This document shows, piece after piece, positions 62,400 to 64,000 of a stretch of 64,000 bases of DNA. The DNA is from Mobula hypostoma. Taxonomy: Eukaryota. The DNA is taken from the NCBI RefSeq assembly GCF_963921235.1, contig NC_086108.1:44270001-44334000 (forward strand), given 5' to 3'. The first letter of the stretch is position 1. Each line of letters starts with the position of its first letter. The notes under the pieces were generated by a model. That model saw nothing but the letters and a program-made list of their open reading frames with translations. It searched no databases and was not told the origin of the DNA. The position numbers and the translations under genes were made by a program.

Positions 62400-64000
62400 C
62401 AACACTGGCAGGGACTGAAGGACCTAGGGATGCATGTCCATAGCTGACTGAAACTGGCAGCTCCGATGAATAGGGTAGTGAAGAAGGCATTTGGTATACT
62501 TACCTTCACAGGCAGAGGCTTTCAGTATGGAAGTTGGGACATCATATTGCAATCAAAATATTGGTTAGGCTGTACTTGGACTGTCTCTGGTTGCCAGACT
62601 TGGGGTAGAAGAGGTTAACTGCTATGTTCTGTGGAATGAAGGGTTATGGTTATAAGGAGAGTTTGAATTTATTCTCACTGGGATGTAGGAGGCTGAGAGA
62701 CCCTTAGGAGACTGTAAGAGATTTATAAAATTGAATGGCACAGACAGAATAGATGATCAAAATTTTTTTCTCAAGGCAGTAGAGTTGAAAACTAGAGGGT
62801 TCAGGTTTAAGACTAAAGGGGAGACATTTAAAAGAGATACAGACAAGTGTGAGGTATTGCACGTTGGAAGGACAAACCAAGGTAGAACATACAGGGTTAA
62901 TGGTAAGGCACTGAGGAGTGCAGTAGAACAGAGGGATCTGGGAATACAGATACAAAATTCCCTAAAAGTGGCGTCACAGGTAGCTAGGGTTGTAAAGAGA
63001 GCTTTTGGTACATTGGCCTTTATTAATCAAAGTATTGAGTATAAGAGCTGGAATGTTATGATGAGGTTGTATAAGGCATTGGTGAGGCCAAATCTGGAGT
63101 ATTGTGTTCAGTTTTGGTCACCAAATTACAGGAAGGATATAAATAAGGTTGAAAGAGTGCAGAGAAGGTCTACAAGGATGTTGCTGGGACTTGAGAAACT
63201 CAGTTACAGAGAAAGGTTGAATAGGTTAGGACTTTATTCCCTGGAGCGTAGAAGATTGACAAAAATAAGTGGATATTAATAGGCATAAGCATGTTTACAA
63301 TAAAACAATAAGTGTTTTTTGATTTTACAAAATGCTTTTTTGAAGTTTGATGTCAATGTTTCCTGATCAGATAGTAACTGTAAGTGTTTAGCCCAGGAGC
63401 AGGCATTATACTTAATGACATAATTTTGCTCCCGTGTCTTGTGGTCTCACAGGATATGGTGAGAAGACAGGTGCATGGGGTGAAATGGGATCCAAGATCA
63501 GCCATGATGGAATGGCAGAGCAGACTTGATGGACTGATTAGCCTAATTCTGCTCCTATGTCTTGTGGTCTTAAGAATGAGGGGAGATTTGATAGAGGTAT
63601 ATAAAATTATGATGGGTATAGATAGAGTGAATGCAAGCAGGCTTTTTCCACTGAGGCAAGGGGAGAAAAAAACCAGAGGACATGGGTTAAGGGTGAGGGG
63701 GGAAAAGTTTAAAGGGAACATTAGTGGGGGCTTCTTCACACAGAGAGTGGTGGGAGTATGGAATGAGCTGCCAGACGAGGTGGTAAATGCGGGTTCTTTT
63801 TTAACATTTAAAAATAAATTGGACAGATACATGGATGGGAGGTGTATGGAGGGATATGGTCCGTGTGCAGGTCAGTGGGACTAGGCAGAAAATGGTTCGG
63901 CACAGCCAAGAACGGCCAAAAGGCCTGTTTCTGTGCTGTAGTTTTTCTATGATTTCTATGGTTTCTAGATCTGAGGGATAAGTTCACACACAGTGGTGAG
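62400..64000 (+). mobile_element. nested CR1 fragments (older copy with a younger copy ~62838-63968, itself split at ~63257-63573)
   Basis: ORF 62731-63279 RPNLEYCVQFWSP...LYSLERR resumes as RMRGDLIEVYK at ~63574. Tail tttctatg at ~63945-63968. Confidence 0.85.

Noticed and set aside
1..64000. CRISPR arrays, rRNA, tRNA or prokaryotic operons
   Set aside because: None seen. The DNA is intron-rich vertebrate sequence, and tRNA-like boxes occur only in SINE heads.

Overview
Eukaryotic genomic DNA from a vertebrate, most likely a cartilaginous fish such as a ray (inferred from the CR1/Rex1/Penelope/Tc1/Deu-SINE repeat mix), and heavily repeat-derived. The one clearly intact gene is the 5' part of KEAP1 (+ strand, mammalian/KEAP1B-like). 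It has a CpG-rich promoter with an ARE at ~30.5 kb, a probable non-coding exon 1, and coding exons 51930-52472, 60548-61233 and 62170-62375. The remaining Kelch exons lie beyond the window. Upstream (13.7-30.2 kb, + strand) are remnants of an unrecognised, disabled multi-exon gene resembling a type-I membrane protein. Its best evidence is two diverged exon copies that differ largely by synonymous changes, and it starts at a second, possibly bidirectional, CpG-rich promoter at ~13.5 kb. Other highlights: an in-frame TGA at the position equivalent to human KEAP1 Cys23, several TSD-flanked inverted Penelope elements carrying minimal hammerhead ribozymes (one forms a ~500 bp hairpin in KEAP1 intron 1), and near-intact Tc1 and CR1 copies, a deleted hAT and an RNase H-bearing LINE. 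Repeat boundaries without a quoted TSD are approximate.
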